In this document: positions 27,340-36,823 of the stretch, piece by piece | Layout of the letters: each line of letters begins with the position of its first letter | How positions within the stretch are numbered: position 1 is the stretch's first letter | Virus record (IMG/VR): IMGVR_UViG_3300034389_000010 | Span: 33,935 to 97,934 of that record | DNA: 64,000 nt | Strand: one strand, 5' to 3' | DNA from: a virus | Notes under the pieces: model-generated | What the model was told of the DNA's origin: nothing | Databases searched by the model: none | What the model saw: the letters and a program-made list of their open reading frames with translations, nothing else | Translations under genes and position numbers: made by a program

Positions 27340-27699
27340 TCAGGACTCCAGGCGAAACTCGATTCGCCAGCACAGGGGGTTCATGATGGCCTGCCCGTGC
27401 GTGCGCCCGTGCCGGTCATCCCAGGCGTTCGAGAATAGAGCCCAGCTGTCGTACCCCTCGCGGGTGATTTCCGACTCATCGATGTCCTCCAGGGGCACGA
27501 TGCTCGCGGCCTGGATTCTCGCCATGATCAGTGGCCCGACCTTGCCGAAAGGCAGGCCCTCGATCAGCTCCAGCCGCTGGCCCGCGTAGAACTGCGGATC
27601 TCCCAGGCTCTTGGCCTGCTCGAAGGGCACCCGGTGGACCGTCTTGCGTCCCTCGCGCACCGCCTGGGCGAGCGCTGGGGTCAGGGTGATGCCGCTCAC
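27340..27699 (-). CDS. ASCH-domain protein
   Basis: AV.EGRKT..R ... REGY ... NP.CW.IEF. Confidence 0.7.
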   Translation of the reverse strand: MSGITLTPALAQAVREGRKTVHRVPFEQAKSLGDPQFYAGQRLELIEGLPFGKVGPLIMARIQAASIVPLEDIDESEITREGYDSWALFSNAWDDRHGRTHGQAIMNPLCWRIEFRLES

Positions 27700-28529
27700 T
27701 GAGCGGCTTCCTTGGCGGCAGACAGGGCCGACTCGGCGCGATCAAGCCGGGCGCAGGCCTCTACCACCTGTTTTTCAGCCTCGGCGATGGCGGCCTTGTG
27801 CAGGGCCTCGCGGGCGCTCGTGGGTACCGGTGCGCCGAACTTCTCCAGATAGCCGATAAAGGATTCGAGCGCCCGCGCGGTGGGCGTCTTTTCCTGATTG
27901 AGGTAGTTGGCCAGCATCTGTTCGACCATTTCCACAGCCTTGGCGGTGGCCTCCTCCAGAGAGAAGCATGGCCAGGCCTCATGGCTGCTGCCCGAGCCGT
28001 CCGAGTAGCTGTTCAGTCGGTACTCCAGGTCTCCCATGGCATTCCCGAACAGCGACAGCAGGCGCGCCTTGCCATTCCAGCCTGTGTCCGACAGGTCATC
28101 CGCTGCTCTGATGCCGACCACGCCGTACTCGACACTGACCACATGCGTGACCCGGCCAGCCAGCACGTCATCGATGCGCTGCAGCACCTGGTGCTGCTTG
28201 AGGCGGTCCAGGAGAGCGCCATGGTCGATCTTGGCGGCGCTGAGCTGGCTATTGAGGTCTGCCAGTTCCTTGCGCCGGCTGGCCAGCTGCTCGTCCAGGG
28301 TGGCGATCTGCTGCGCCCGGCGGCCGATCGGCGGCTCAGCATGCAGAGGGCCGTGGTGGATGATGTCCGGGCCTTCGTGGGTCACTTCGTTGCCGGCGCC
28401 GTCGAAGGTGTCGAATCGGGCCGAGACGACGTGGCCATGACCGGGGACCGTGGTGGCGTAGGTGTATTCGTGGCCCTCGCCGTCATAGACGGTCTGGCCC
28501 TGCTCGAACTGCTGGGATTGTGCTTGCAT
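27696..28529 (-). CDS. Hypothetical phage protein with coiled coil
   Basis: Start at the AGGACATCACCATG leader. Confidence 0.6.
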   Translation of the reverse strand: MQAQSQQFEQGQTVYDGEGHEYTYATTVPGHGHVVSARFDTFDGAGNEVTHEGPDIIHHGPLHAEPPIGRRAQQIATLDEQLASRRKELADLNSQLSAAKIDHGALLDRLKQHQVLQRIDDVLAGRVTHVVSVEYGVVGIRAADDLSDTGWNGKARLLSLFGNAMGDLEYRLNSYSDGSGSSHEAWPCFSLEEATAKAVEMVEQMLANYLNQEKTPTARALESFIGYLEKFGAPVPTSAREALHKAAIAEAEKQVVEACARLDRAESALSAAKEAAQ

Positions 28530-28584
28530 GGTGATGTCCTGGTCGATCTCGTTATGGGATGCCCGGCGAACCGGGCTATGTGGG

Positions 28585-28797
28585 TCAGGCGTTAACGCGC
28601 GTGAGGTAATTGCAGATGTCGCGGGCGGTGCTGGTGCCGCATCCGTACACCTGGGCCAGGGCGACATAACCGCCCTTGCCGGCGGCGTACTGCCTGCGCA
28701 TCGCCTGTACCTGGTCGAAGGTCAGTCGCGCCTTGGGATGGCTGGCGCCACAGCGGTGACCGCTGGGCGCTCGCGTGATGCGGCTGCTGGTCTTCAC
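28585..28797 (-). CDS. Small HTH protein
   Basis: HPKARLT..QV..MR...LAQ.YG...ST.RDI. Confidence 0.6.
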   Translation of the reverse strand: MKTSSRITRAPSGHRCGASHPKARLTFDQVQAMRRQYAAGKGGYVALAQVYGCGTSTARDICNYLTRVNA

Positions 28798-30071
28798 AGG
28801 GCGGCTGCCTTGGCGACCACCTCACGGGCTCCATTGGAGTCCATCGGCGTGATGATCCCCTCCAGCTCCATCCGCTCGATCATCCGGGCGGCGCGGTTGT
28901 AGCCGATCAGCAGGCCGCGCTGCACGACACTGATGGATGCCCGGCCGGTCTTGCGAACCACGGCTACGGCCTGGGCATACATGGGGTCGTTCTCGTCGCC
29001 GGTCTCCAGGGCGGGCTCGGTCTGGCCCTGGTCGGCGAAGGCATCCAGCTGCTCCTCGCGCACCTCACGGCGTGGCTTGGTGACCAGCTCGACGGTGACG
29101 CGCTCGGCGGTGGCGCGCTGAGTGGTCGTCAGCGGCACCAGCTCGACCGCGTCGCCATCCAGGCCTTGCGGCAGCTCCTCGCCACCCAGGGCCTCGACCA
29201 GCTGGGGCAGGAACTCCAGCAGGGTCATGCACATGAGCACGAAGCTTGCGTCGAACTGAGCGGCCGCATCCTCGCCGCCATCGGCCTCGGCCTGGTCCTG
29301 CAGCAGATCCTCGAAGCGCAGGCGGGTCACCTGGGCCTTGTCATTCAGAACGAACGACAGCTTGTCCTGCCAGGCCAGGGACAGCTTGCTGACCAGCTTG
29401 CCGGCGCCCAGGTGGTTCTGGATCTCGTCGCTGGTGAGGTCTTGGCCGGTGGCCACCACCTTGCCGCCCTCGTCACCTGCATCGACCAGGCTGGCCTGAT
29501 CCAGGATGTACAGCCCGTGGGTGGCGTCGCCGGCCTTGACCCAGTCGGTCATGGTGGCGGTCGGCGCCTGCTTCACGCCCAGCGGCCGCACCGGTAGCGA
29601 GCCCAGGGCGTCGCGCAGGGTGGACAGCAGATCCTCGGCCACCTTGGGGCTGCTCGCGTCCACCAGGATCAGACCAGCCTGGGGCAGGATCGCGGCGAAG
29701 GTGGTGCGGCGCTTGATGAAAGCGCGCGGCAGGAAGGCCTGCACGATCTCGTCTTTGATCTGCTCCTTTTCCTTCTTGTAGACCTTGCGCATCTGCTGGG
29801 TCTCGATCTCGTCCACCTTCTCCTGGACGGCTTCCTTGACCACGTTGCTCGGCAGGATGCGCTCCTCCTTGCGGGCGGCGATCAGGGTGTAGCCGTGGGC
29901 GTGGTGCGCCAGGGTCTCGCCACCCTTGAGCGGGGAAACGAACCCATAGGTGGACAGCTCCTGGCTGGCGCAGGGGCGCGCGGGCTTCGCCTGCAGAGCG
30001 GCCTCCAGGGTGTCGATGGTCAGGTCGATGGATTGGGTCAGGCGGAAAACCAGCAGATTCTTAAACCACAT
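28794..30071 (-). CDS. rdgC: RdgC fused to a C-terminal FtsK gamma domain
   Basis: [11 protein letters not shown]...; C-terminal [22 protein letters not shown]. Confidence 0.9.
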   Translation of the reverse strand: MWFKNLLVFRLTQSIDLTIDTLEAALQAKPARPCASQELSTYGFVSPLKGGETLAHHAHGYTLIAARKEERILPSNVVKEAVQEKVDEIETQQMRKVYKKEKEQIKDEIVQAFLPRAFIKRRTTFAAILPQAGLILVDASSPKVAEDLLSTLRDALGSLPVRPLGVKQAPTATMTDWVKAGDATHGLYILDQASLVDAGDEGGKVVATGQDLTSDEIQNHLGAGKLVSKLSLAWQDKLSFVLNDKAQVTRLRFEDLLQDQAEADGGEDAAAQFDASFVLMCMTLLEFLPQLVEALGGEELPQGLDGDAVELVPLTTTQRATAERVTVELVTKPRREVREEQLDAFADQGQTEPALETGDENDPMYAQAVAVVRKTGRASISVVQRGLLIGYNRAARMIERMELEGIITPMDSNGAREVVAKAAAL

Positions 30072-30546
30072 GGGGCACGTCCATTTTGAAGGCGCGGAGC
30101 TTGTCGGCGAGCAGGGTCTTGTTGAGTTTCAGGGTGGCCGCGACGTGGGCCAGGCTGTAGGCCTTGCGCAGCAGGTCGCGGGCCTGCACCAGGGTTGGCC
30201 ACTCGCGCATCAGTTCGCGCAGGTAGGCGGTGTGAACGTCGGGTACCCAGTTGTCCCAGTTGTCTTGGGTATGCGAGGGGTGGGAGAAGCCCAGGATGCG
30301 GCTCACCTCCTCGACCGGGACGACGCGAAACAGCTCATCAGCCGGCAGGCGTCGGCAGCGGCTGGGCGCCTTGCGCCGCGCCGGGCTGGGGTGCCGCCGA
30401 GTGGGCAGCGGCACATACTCGAAGGGCTGGCCAACCTGGACCAGGCCGGGGAAGTCGGCGGCCAGGGCCGCGATGACTTGCTCTGCCTGGCGGTGGGCTT
30501 CCCAGGATTTCAGGTGGATCAGGCTATCGATGGACTGCGCACTCAT
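30061..30546 (-). CDS. Hypothetical protein
   Basis: 161 aa in the recombination operon. Confidence 0.5.
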   Translation of the reverse strand: MSAQSIDSLIHLKSWEAHRQAEQVIAALAADFPGLVQVGQPFEYVPLPTRRHPSPARRKAPSRCRRLPADELFRVVPVEEVSRILGFSHPSHTQDNWDNWVPDVHTAYLRELMREWPTLVQARDLLRKAYSLAHVAATLKLNKTLLADKLRAFKMDVPHVV

Positions 30547-30557
30547 CGTTAGCGACC

Positions 30558-31148
30558 TCAGACCAGCAGCAGCGCCGCACGGGCGATCGGGGCGAAGGGA
30601 ATGTCATCGTCATAGTGGCCACCGTCCTGGCCCTGCGGCTGCTGCTGGGGCTGGCGCTGGTTCTGCGGCTGGCGCTGACCGTTCTGCGGACGCGGGTTGC
30701 CCTGCTGGCCGTTCTGCTGGCGCGGCTGGCGCTGGCCGGCGCCGCCCTGCGACTGGTCGTACTGGTCGTAACCACCCTGCCCGCCCTGGTTGCCGCCCTG
30801 GGACGCGCCGCCCAGCAGCTGCATGTTGCCGTTGATGTCCACGACGATCTCAGTGGTGTAGCGATCCTGCCCGTCCTGGCCCTGCCATTTGCGCGTGCGC
30901 AGCTGGCCCTCGACGTAGACCTGCGAGCCCTTGCGGATGTACTCGCCAGCGATCTCGGCCAGGCGGCCAAAGAACACCACGCGGTGCCACTCGGTGCGGT
31001 CCTGCTGCTGGCCGGTCTGCTTGTCCTTCCAGGACTCGCTGGTAGCCAGGGTGATGGTGGTAACGGCATTGCCATTGGGCATGTACCGCACTTCGGGATC
31101 CGCGCCAGCATTGCCGACCAGGATGACCTTGTTAACGCCTCTTGCCAT
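30558..31148 (-). CDS. ssb: Single-stranded DNA-binding protein
   Basis: [13 protein letters not shown]...TEWHRVV...DDDIPF. Confidence 0.95.
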   Translation of the reverse strand: MARGVNKVILVGNAGADPEVRYMPNGNAVTTITLATSESWKDKQTGQQQDRTEWHRVVFFGRLAEIAGEYIRKGSQVYVEGQLRTRKWQGQDGQDRYTTEIVVDINGNMQLLGGASQGGNQGGQGGYDQYDQSQGGAGQRQPRQQNGQQGNPRPQNGQRQPQNQRQPQQQPQGQDGGHYDDDIPFAPIARAALLLV

Positions 31149-31214
31149 GGGTAAGGACTTCCAAGAGTGTGACCCCCAGCACGTCGTTAGGGGGTGGTAT
31201 TGTTGGGAAAGTGG

Positions 31215-32060
31215 TTACTTGGCGCGGGCGGCCAGGCTGTCGGTTTTCACCAGGCGCACGCCGGGCATTACGAAAGTTTCCTTGAGGGCCTTGGCCTGGG
31301 TGTTCAGGTACTTGCTGTCGGCGGCCAGAGCGGCCAGCGGCGGGGCCTTGCGGGCACCCTTGAGCATGGCCATGTACAGCGCGTCGGCGTCCTCGAATTT
31401 GTCGGCCAGGATGCCGAAGGCAACGGCCAGGACCAGGTCCTGCAGGTTGTCTACTTCGGCGCTGTAGTTGGTGACGTTGGTGACGCCGGCCAGCTTGGGC
31501 GTGGCGACTACGGCGCTGGGCATGGCCACGGTCATGGTGGCCTGCTCGCGCAGGGCATCGGCCTGCTCGACGCGGCCGCTTTCCTCGTGCTTCTCGGCGC
31601 GCGCTTCCAAGTCCTCGCGGGCCTTACGGGCGCGCTGCTCCTCGCGGGCCTCTTCCAGGCGGCGCTCGTCGTCCAGATGCTTCTGGCAGGCCAGGATGCC
31701 GTCCTTGAGCGCGGTCTCTACCTGGGTCAGGGCGTCCAAGGGCTTCTTGACGTAGTCCATGACGGACTTCTTGGCGTCGTCCAGCGGCTTGGTGATCGCC
31801 TTGCGCTGATCCTCGATCTGCCTGGCGATACCCTTGAGGCGCTGCAGCTGGTCGGAGGCAATGACCATATCGCCGGCGGTGCGGATTTCCAGCGTCTTGG
31901 CGGTCCCGGTTTCGGTGGCTGCCTGCTGCAGCAGCTGGATCGTCTCGGGGCGCAGGGCAGCAACCACGGTGATCGGGGCAAAGTCGCCTTTCAGGCCCAG
32001 GGCCTCGGCGGCGGACACTTCAACGGCGGTGGCGGTGTTCAGGGATACGACGTCGTTCAT
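31215..32060 (-). CDS. Coiled-coil protein of the recombination operon
   Basis: Start MNDVVSL with AGGAG RBS; ends PGVRLV. Confidence 0.6.
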   Translation of the reverse strand: MNDVVSLNTATAVEVSAAEALGLKGDFAPITVVAALRPETIQLLQQAATETGTAKTLEIRTAGDMVIASDQLQRLKGIARQIEDQRKAITKPLDDAKKSVMDYVKKPLDALTQVETALKDGILACQKHLDDERRLEEAREEQRARKAREDLEARAEKHEESGRVEQADALREQATMTVAMPSAVVATPKLAGVTNVTNYSAEVDNLQDLVLAVAFGILADKFEDADALYMAMLKGARKAPPLAALAADSKYLNTQAKALKETFVMPGVRLVKTDSLAARAK

Positions 32061-32089
32061 GATGGTGAATCTCCTTGGTGTAGGCCGTT

Positions 32090-32722
32090 CTATGCGGCCA
32101 ATTCTTGGTAAAAGCGGTGGTGCTGTTGCTGAAAGCGGTACAGGCGCAGGCAGGCCATGAAGTCGTTCCAATCGCTGGCCGGGTTCGCGGCATACGGGAT
32201 CAGGTCGAACGTCGCGTCTTTGCCCAGGCGCAGCGCATAGCGCTCCTTGATCTGGTCGGCGGCCTTCTTGCGGGTGGCGTTTTCGGCGGCCTGGTAGGCG
32301 GCGGTCTGCGGCCCCGTGGTTGGCATGACCTGGACACAGCTTTTCACGTCCAGGACGGCCAGCTTTGCCTTGGCTTTCCCATGCAGGACCAGTTCGAGGT
32401 CTAGGGTGCCGGCGTACTTGGCAGTCGGGTGGAAGGTGCGCTTTTCGTTGGCGATGAACTCCGGGCGCATCGCATCGCAAAAGGCGAGCCAACCCTGCAG
32501 GTAGCCAATTAGCTCGTCATCCACTGTCGTCCAGTCCAGGCGGTCCTGGCACAGCAGCTCCACGGCGCGGTGGACGCGGGTCCCCCGCTCAGCTGCCGCT
32601 TCCAGGATCGGCATGGGTACGTCGCCGTAGGTCGATAGCGGTTTCAGGATCGTGGTCACGCCGGGCAGGATCTCGTCGCCCAGGCGATAGGTATGAGTGC
32701 GCTCGTCGAAGGTCAGCATCAC
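32090..32722 (-). CDS. PD-(D/E)XK exonuclease (partner of Bet)
   Basis: HTY, GVT.IL, RGT.VH, YAGTLD, VLDVKS, Q..AY. Confidence 0.8.
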   Translation of the reverse strand: MMLTFDERTHTYRLGDEILPGVTTILKPLSTYGDVPMPILEAAAERGTRVHRAVELLCQDRLDWTTVDDELIGYLQGWLAFCDAMRPEFIANEKRTFHPTAKYAGTLDLELVLHGKAKAKLAVLDVKSCVQVMPTTGPQTAAYQAAENATRKKAADQIKERYALRLGKDATFDLIPYAANPASDWNDFMACLRLYRFQQQHHRFYQELAA

Positions 32723-33714
32723 GCGGACTTCCGTTCGGCATAGGCCAGGATCTCGTTGATCTGCGAGGCGGGCAGCTTGCCGAAGTCATCCACCTTGAAG
32801 TGCTGCAGCAGATCCTCATTGCTGACCTGATGGATCGCGGTCCGGCTCTTGATCAGTCTGATCTGGACCTCGCTCACGCGCGCACCTTCGGTGTCGGCGG
32901 CTGGCGCCTGGGCTGGGGCCTTCTTGCGGCTGTTCGGCTTCTTGGCCGGCTGCTCGTCGGCGACCTGATACTCGCCTTCGATCGGCGCCTGGGCGTCGCC
33001 CTTCTCCAGCGGCTGCGGGCCGTTGGCCTTGCGGTCGTCGGGGGCTGGGGTCACGTCCCGCTCATCCAGGACAATCTCCTTGCCTTCCATTTCCTCGGCA
33101 GTCGGGCCGGCATCGATCTCTGGCCAGGCCTTGCGCAGGGCCTGCGCCTCGGCGCACTTCGCCAGCTGGCCATGCGGGCGTTTCTTCCACATGGCGTTCG
33201 GCTCCTCAGTCCAGCCGCCTGCCGTCGCGTAGTTCTCTTTCCAGAACTCTTTCACGGTGAAGGCGCAGCGCTGGCCGCCGACGATCTTGTAGACGGTGAC
33301 CTTGCACCAGAGCGGATAGGTCAGGGTGCAGGTGCGATCCGCGTGCTGCCTGCCGTAGCTGTCGGTATTGCCCGGCGTGGTGAAGGTTTCCGTCTGCTCA
33401 GGCCCGAACTCGGGTTCATCGGCGCCGGCATAGCTGCCTGAGCGGGCGGCCTGGATGCGGTACAGGCCAATGCCAGGCATGACTTGGTCGCGCTTGACGG
33501 TGGCGCTCCCGATCTTGATCTGCATCGGCACGATGTGAACCGGCTTCTGCAAGACGTCCAGGCCGCGCGCCTGGCAGTAATCGATCGCTGCGATAACGGA
33601 GTCAGGATGGGCGCCCGGAAAAACCGAGGTCGTCAGGGTGTTCCAGATGGCCTGGGAGACGCTGCGTTCTACCAGTGCGGGGTTCTTCTGTTGCCAGGGG
33701 GTGAGGGTCGTCAT
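32719..33714 (-). CDS. bet: Bet/RecT-family single-strand annealing recombinase
   Basis: YC.ARGLD..QKPVHIVP, GIGLYRIQA.RSG, MWKKRP.GQLAKCAEAQALRKAWP. Confidence 0.9.
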   Translation of the reverse strand: MTTLTPWQQKNPALVERSVSQAIWNTLTTSVFPGAHPDSVIAAIDYCQARGLDVLQKPVHIVPMQIKIGSATVKRDQVMPGIGLYRIQAARSGSYAGADEPEFGPEQTETFTTPGNTDSYGRQHADRTCTLTYPLWCKVTVYKIVGGQRCAFTVKEFWKENYATAGGWTEEPNAMWKKRPHGQLAKCAEAQALRKAWPEIDAGPTAEEMEGKEIVLDERDVTPAPDDRKANGPQPLEKGDAQAPIEGEYQVADEQPAKKPNSRKKAPAQAPAADTEGARVSEVQIRLIKSRTAIHQVSNEDLLQHFKVDDFGKLPASQINEILAYAERKSA

Positions 33715-34006
33715 GTTCGTCTCTGGTGCTGCTGTGCCCAACAAAAAGGTATCTCCTGATTCCAAATAACGCAACTAAATAATCGTATTTGATTCCGATT
33801 TTTGGATATGCCATGCTTTGGCCATCGCAACGATCAGCGTCAGTGATAGGGATCGCCTCCCTGTGCAAGCAGTGGGCCATTGCTAGAATTGCCGGTGATC
33901 GGCGCGCCGGAATACACTCCACCCAATACGGGTGCTTTCGGTTCCCGTTATCAGGAGCCAAAAACGGCGTATTCCACTGAGTCACTACGATGACGAGTCA
34001 CAAGAA

Positions 34007-34390
34007 ATGAGCGACGAAACAGCAGATCGCCAGGAAATGCGCGAGCAGCGAAAGCAGCGCCCAGGCCTGGTGGCCTTGCGCGAATACCTGAAAAAAATGA
34101 AGAAGGCCGAGCGCGAGAAATTCGCGGAGAGGTGCAAGACCACCACCGGCCACCTCAAGCAGGTAGCGCTGGCAGGCCGGCTGATTCAGCCGTGGCTTGC
34201 TATCAATCTGGACAGGGAAAGTGGGGGTGTACTGAATTTTGAGGAGCTGGTGGACGACGCGGACGACGATCGGGCGATCGATTGGGAGTACGTCATGGCG
34301 CGCAAGCAGCTACGAATGGGAAACAAGATCCCGGACCTCTATCGCAAGCAGATCAAGCTAGAACTCCTACAGGAGATAGCGAAAGACTGA
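34007..34390 (+). CDS. Cro/YdaS-like HTH regulator
   Basis: LREYLK...FAERC.TT.GHLKQV...LAI.LDRESGG; first gene of the divergent operon. Confidence 0.7.
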   Translation: MSDETADRQEMREQRKQRPGLVALREYLKKMKKAEREKFAERCKTTTGHLKQVALAGRLIQPWLAINLDRESGGVLNFEELVDDADDDRAIDWEYVMARKQLRMGNKIPDLYRKQIKLELLQEIAKD

Positions 34391-34393
34391 GCG

Positions 34394-34669
34394 ATGGCCA
34401 CCAGCCAGAAAGCGAGAGTTCTAGCGGTTTTAGCGGCTTCCGACGTGCCTTTGGCGCTGTTCGAGATCCGCGACAAAATTGAGGCACAGTTCATGCAATT
34501 GGACTCGGACGCAGCAATTAGCGCCCGTATTCGAGATATAAGGCATGAGCTTGAGATTGAAAGCTGTGGTACGGTTGGGAGAGTACCGGTACCTGGTCGC
34601 TCCTGGTGTCGATACCAGCTCGTCCGCAATGGCAGCACACAGAGTACGACGTTCGCCGCTGACGCATAG
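34394..34669 (+). CDS. Small winged-helix protein
   Basis: 91 aa; AAISARIRDIR. Confidence 0.55.
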   Translation: MATSQKARVLAVLAASDVPLALFEIRDKIEAQFMQLDSDAAISARIRDIRHELEIESCGTVGRVPVPGRSWCRYQLVRNGSTQSTTFAADA

Positions 34670-34676
34670 TGGCAAC

Positions 34677-34826
34677 CGGATGGATAGGTGGGGAGTAGCT
34701 ACCCCGCCGAGAAGGCCTAAACACCCCCGTGCATGGGGCCTTCCATCCGTTTCTAACGGGGGTGAAACCGGTGGCCTGCCTTGGGGAGCCACCACCAGAA
34801 AATTCATGCACGGGGAAACGCATGAA
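34677..34826 (+). promoter_or_regulatory. Structured RNA leader with alternative pairings upstream of the replication genes
   Basis: Several complementary segments, detailed in findings. Confidence 0.5.
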
Positions 34827-35097
34827 CACTAAAAATAGGGCCAAACGGCTCAGGGCACCCCTTTGCCTGAAAAAAGAGGGACAGGACAAAAGCAAGTCGT
34901 TTGCATGTGACGCAGTTGGCACACAGCATGTGACGCAATCCGTCAGCACAATGCAAACGACTTGCATAGATGGTCTTTTATCCAGTGGTGGCGATCGGAA
35001 CGCGGAGCCTTGCGAAGGTTCCTGGTTGGCGCAGCTGAGACTTGCCTATCATGCCAACAGCATCGCTCTGAAAGGTTACGCGGAGGTTTCCGCGTGA
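34822..35097 (+). CDS. Putative leader ORF translationally coupled to the rep gene
   Basis: GGGGA RBS; its TGA overlaps the rep GTG (GTGA). Confidence 0.4.
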   Translation: MNTKNRAKRLRAPLCLKKEGQDKSKSFACDAVGTQHVTQSVSTMQTTCIDGLLSSGGDRNAEPCEGSWLAQLRLAYHANSIALKGYAEVSA

Positions 35098-36080
35098 GTA
35101 TTCGCCGTGCCCCACGCCCCGACACGGGGTTCTACATTCTCGATCGCAAGATCGCAGAGGACGAGCGAATGTCCTGGGCGGCGCGCGGGATGCTGATCTT
35201 TCTGCTCAGCAAGCCGGACAACTGGGAAGTGTCGGTCAAGCACCTCATCAACCAGACGAAAAACGCAGTGGGCAAAAGCTCATCGCGCGACGCCGTGCGG
35301 GTGATTCTCAAGGAGCTGGAAACAATCGGCTACCTGCAGATCGACCAGGCGCGGCAGTCCACTGGCCGGTTTGAAGGCATCGCCTACATCGTTCACGAGT
35401 CGCCGGTACCGGCCAAACTTTGTGACGCAGTTCCGGGGCCGGAAAATCCGGCTGCGGAGGATAATTCACCGGAGACGGATTTTCCGGCGCCGGTGGCTCC
35501 GGCGTCGGCCAAACCGGCAGCGGAAAATCCTGACCTAATAAGTATTGAAAAAACAAAGAGAAACCAGGAAGAGCACCAAGATTCTTGTCCGCCTATCGAC
35601 GGACCCGTATCGGCTGACGACTACTCGAAATTGGCTAAGCCGATTCAGGCCCGCCTGATCGAGTCGGTGTTCGCTCACTGGCAGACCACCATGAAATCCC
35701 CCCGCGCTCGCCTCGACGAGAAGCGGCGCAAGATCCTGCACAAGGCCCTGGGCGAATACGGCCTGCAGGACGTGCTCAACGCCATCACCGGTTGCTCGCG
35801 CTCGCACTATCACATGGGGCGTAACGAAGACGGTTCGCCGAAGCCAGGCGCGACGAAGTACAACGACGTCGAACTGATCTTCCGCGAGGCGTCGAAGACT
35901 GAGCGGTTCCTGGGTTTCTTCGATGAGCCGCAGGCGTACACCCGCCAGGTGGAGCGACCTGAAAGCCAGGCCGGCAAGTTCGACGCTCGGGTGTTCATGC
36001 AGCACAAAACGCAAATGGGAGGCGGCTATGGCTCAGGTTTTGACGATCACATCGATGGTCACGCCCAGCGTCTGGACTGA
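35094..36080 (+). CDS. Replication initiator (lambdoid O-like, N-terminal wHTH)
   Basis: GTG with GGAGG; D.RMSW.ARG.L..LLSKPDNW; internal iterons. Confidence 0.75.
   Translation: MSIRRAPRPDTGFYILDRKIAEDERMSWAARGMLIFLLSKPDNWEVSVKHLINQTKNAVGKSSSRDAVRVILKELETIGYLQIDQARQSTGRFEGIAYIVHESPVPAKLCDAVPGPENPAAEDNSPETDFPAPVAPASAKPAAENPDLISIEKTKRNQEEHQDSCPPIDGPVSADDYSKLAKPIQARLIESVFAHWQTTMKSPRARLDEKRRKILHKALGEYGLQDVLNAITGCSRSHYHMGRNEDGSPKPGATKYNDVELIFREASKTERFLGFFDEPQAYTRQVERPESQAGKFDARVFMQHKTQMGGGYGSGFDDHIDGHAQRLD
35403..35560. repeat. Iteron-like 15-bp repeats CCGGnnnCGGnnnnn (7 copies) plus A-rich tract: putative origin
   Basis: Copies at 35403, 35433, 35448, 35469, 35484, 35499 and 35514, then TAATAAGTATTGAAAAAACAAAG. 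Confidence 0.65.
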
Positions 36081-36801
36081 CCCCCGACCGCAAGCTGATG
36101 GCAGCACCAAGCCGGGCATCCTGGACGAGCTGTGGAACCGGTTTGACGGCCGCTGGATGGATGCCTGGTCGCGCAAGTTCCCGAACCCGGCCGCGATCGA
36201 GAACTGGAAGCTGACGCTGTCCGAGGATCTGGCCGCCGAGCGCATCACCGGCAAGGAGTTCGCGCGGGGCTGCGAGGCCCTTCGTACCTGCAAGTTTCCG
36301 CCCAATCCGGCCGAGTTCATCATGCTCTGCCGGCCGACGCTTGACCCCTATGTCGCCTACCAGGAGGCGATGACCGAAATGCCCAAGCGGCACTTCCCGG
36401 CGGTCAAGGAGGGGAAGCTGGTGAGCGAGGATCAGTGGTCAGAGCCCGCGATCTTTTGGGCCGCCGCGCGCATGTGGCACGACCTGCAGCACTGCTCCTG
36501 GAAGCAGATCCAGGCCCGCTGGGAGCGAGAGCTGGCCAAGGCTCGGAAAGAGCATCTGACCATGCCTCCGAAAGCGACGCATGCTATCGAGCACAAGCCC
36601 GAGCCCACGATCAAGCCGGACGAGCAGCGACGCATGATCGCCGACATGATCGGCCAGCTGAATGTCCGCAAGCCGCCCAAGCCAGTTCGCGAGGGTGGTC
36701 CGGAGCTGGATCGGGACCTTGAGGAGCGCAAGCGTCGCGCCGAGGCCGAGGTCCAGCTGGCGATGATGCAGCGCGCAAAGAGAAAAACCGAGGGCGCATA
36801 A
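36028..36801 (+). CDS. Lambda P-like helicase loader
   Basis: W...F....ENW..L..., FPPNPAEFI.LC, W..PAIFWAA; follows the O-like gene. Confidence 0.65.
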   Translation: MAQVLTITSMVTPSVWTDPRPQADGSTKPGILDELWNRFDGRWMDAWSRKFPNPAAIENWKLTLSEDLAAERITGKEFARGCEALRTCKFPPNPAEFIMLCRPTLDPYVAYQEAMTEMPKRHFPAVKEGKLVSEDQWSEPAIFWAAARMWHDLQHCSWKQIQARWERELAKARKEHLTMPPKATHAIEHKPEPTIKPDEQRRMIADMIGQLNVRKPPKPVREGGPELDRDLEERKRRAEAEVQLAMMQRAKRKTEGA

Positions 36802-36823
36802 GCGCCGAAGTACGGTACCCCCT

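Noticed and set aside
31209-31220. AAGTGGTTACTT resembling the P1 Lpa site
   Set aside because: Single imperfect copy overlapping a stop codon in an early operon
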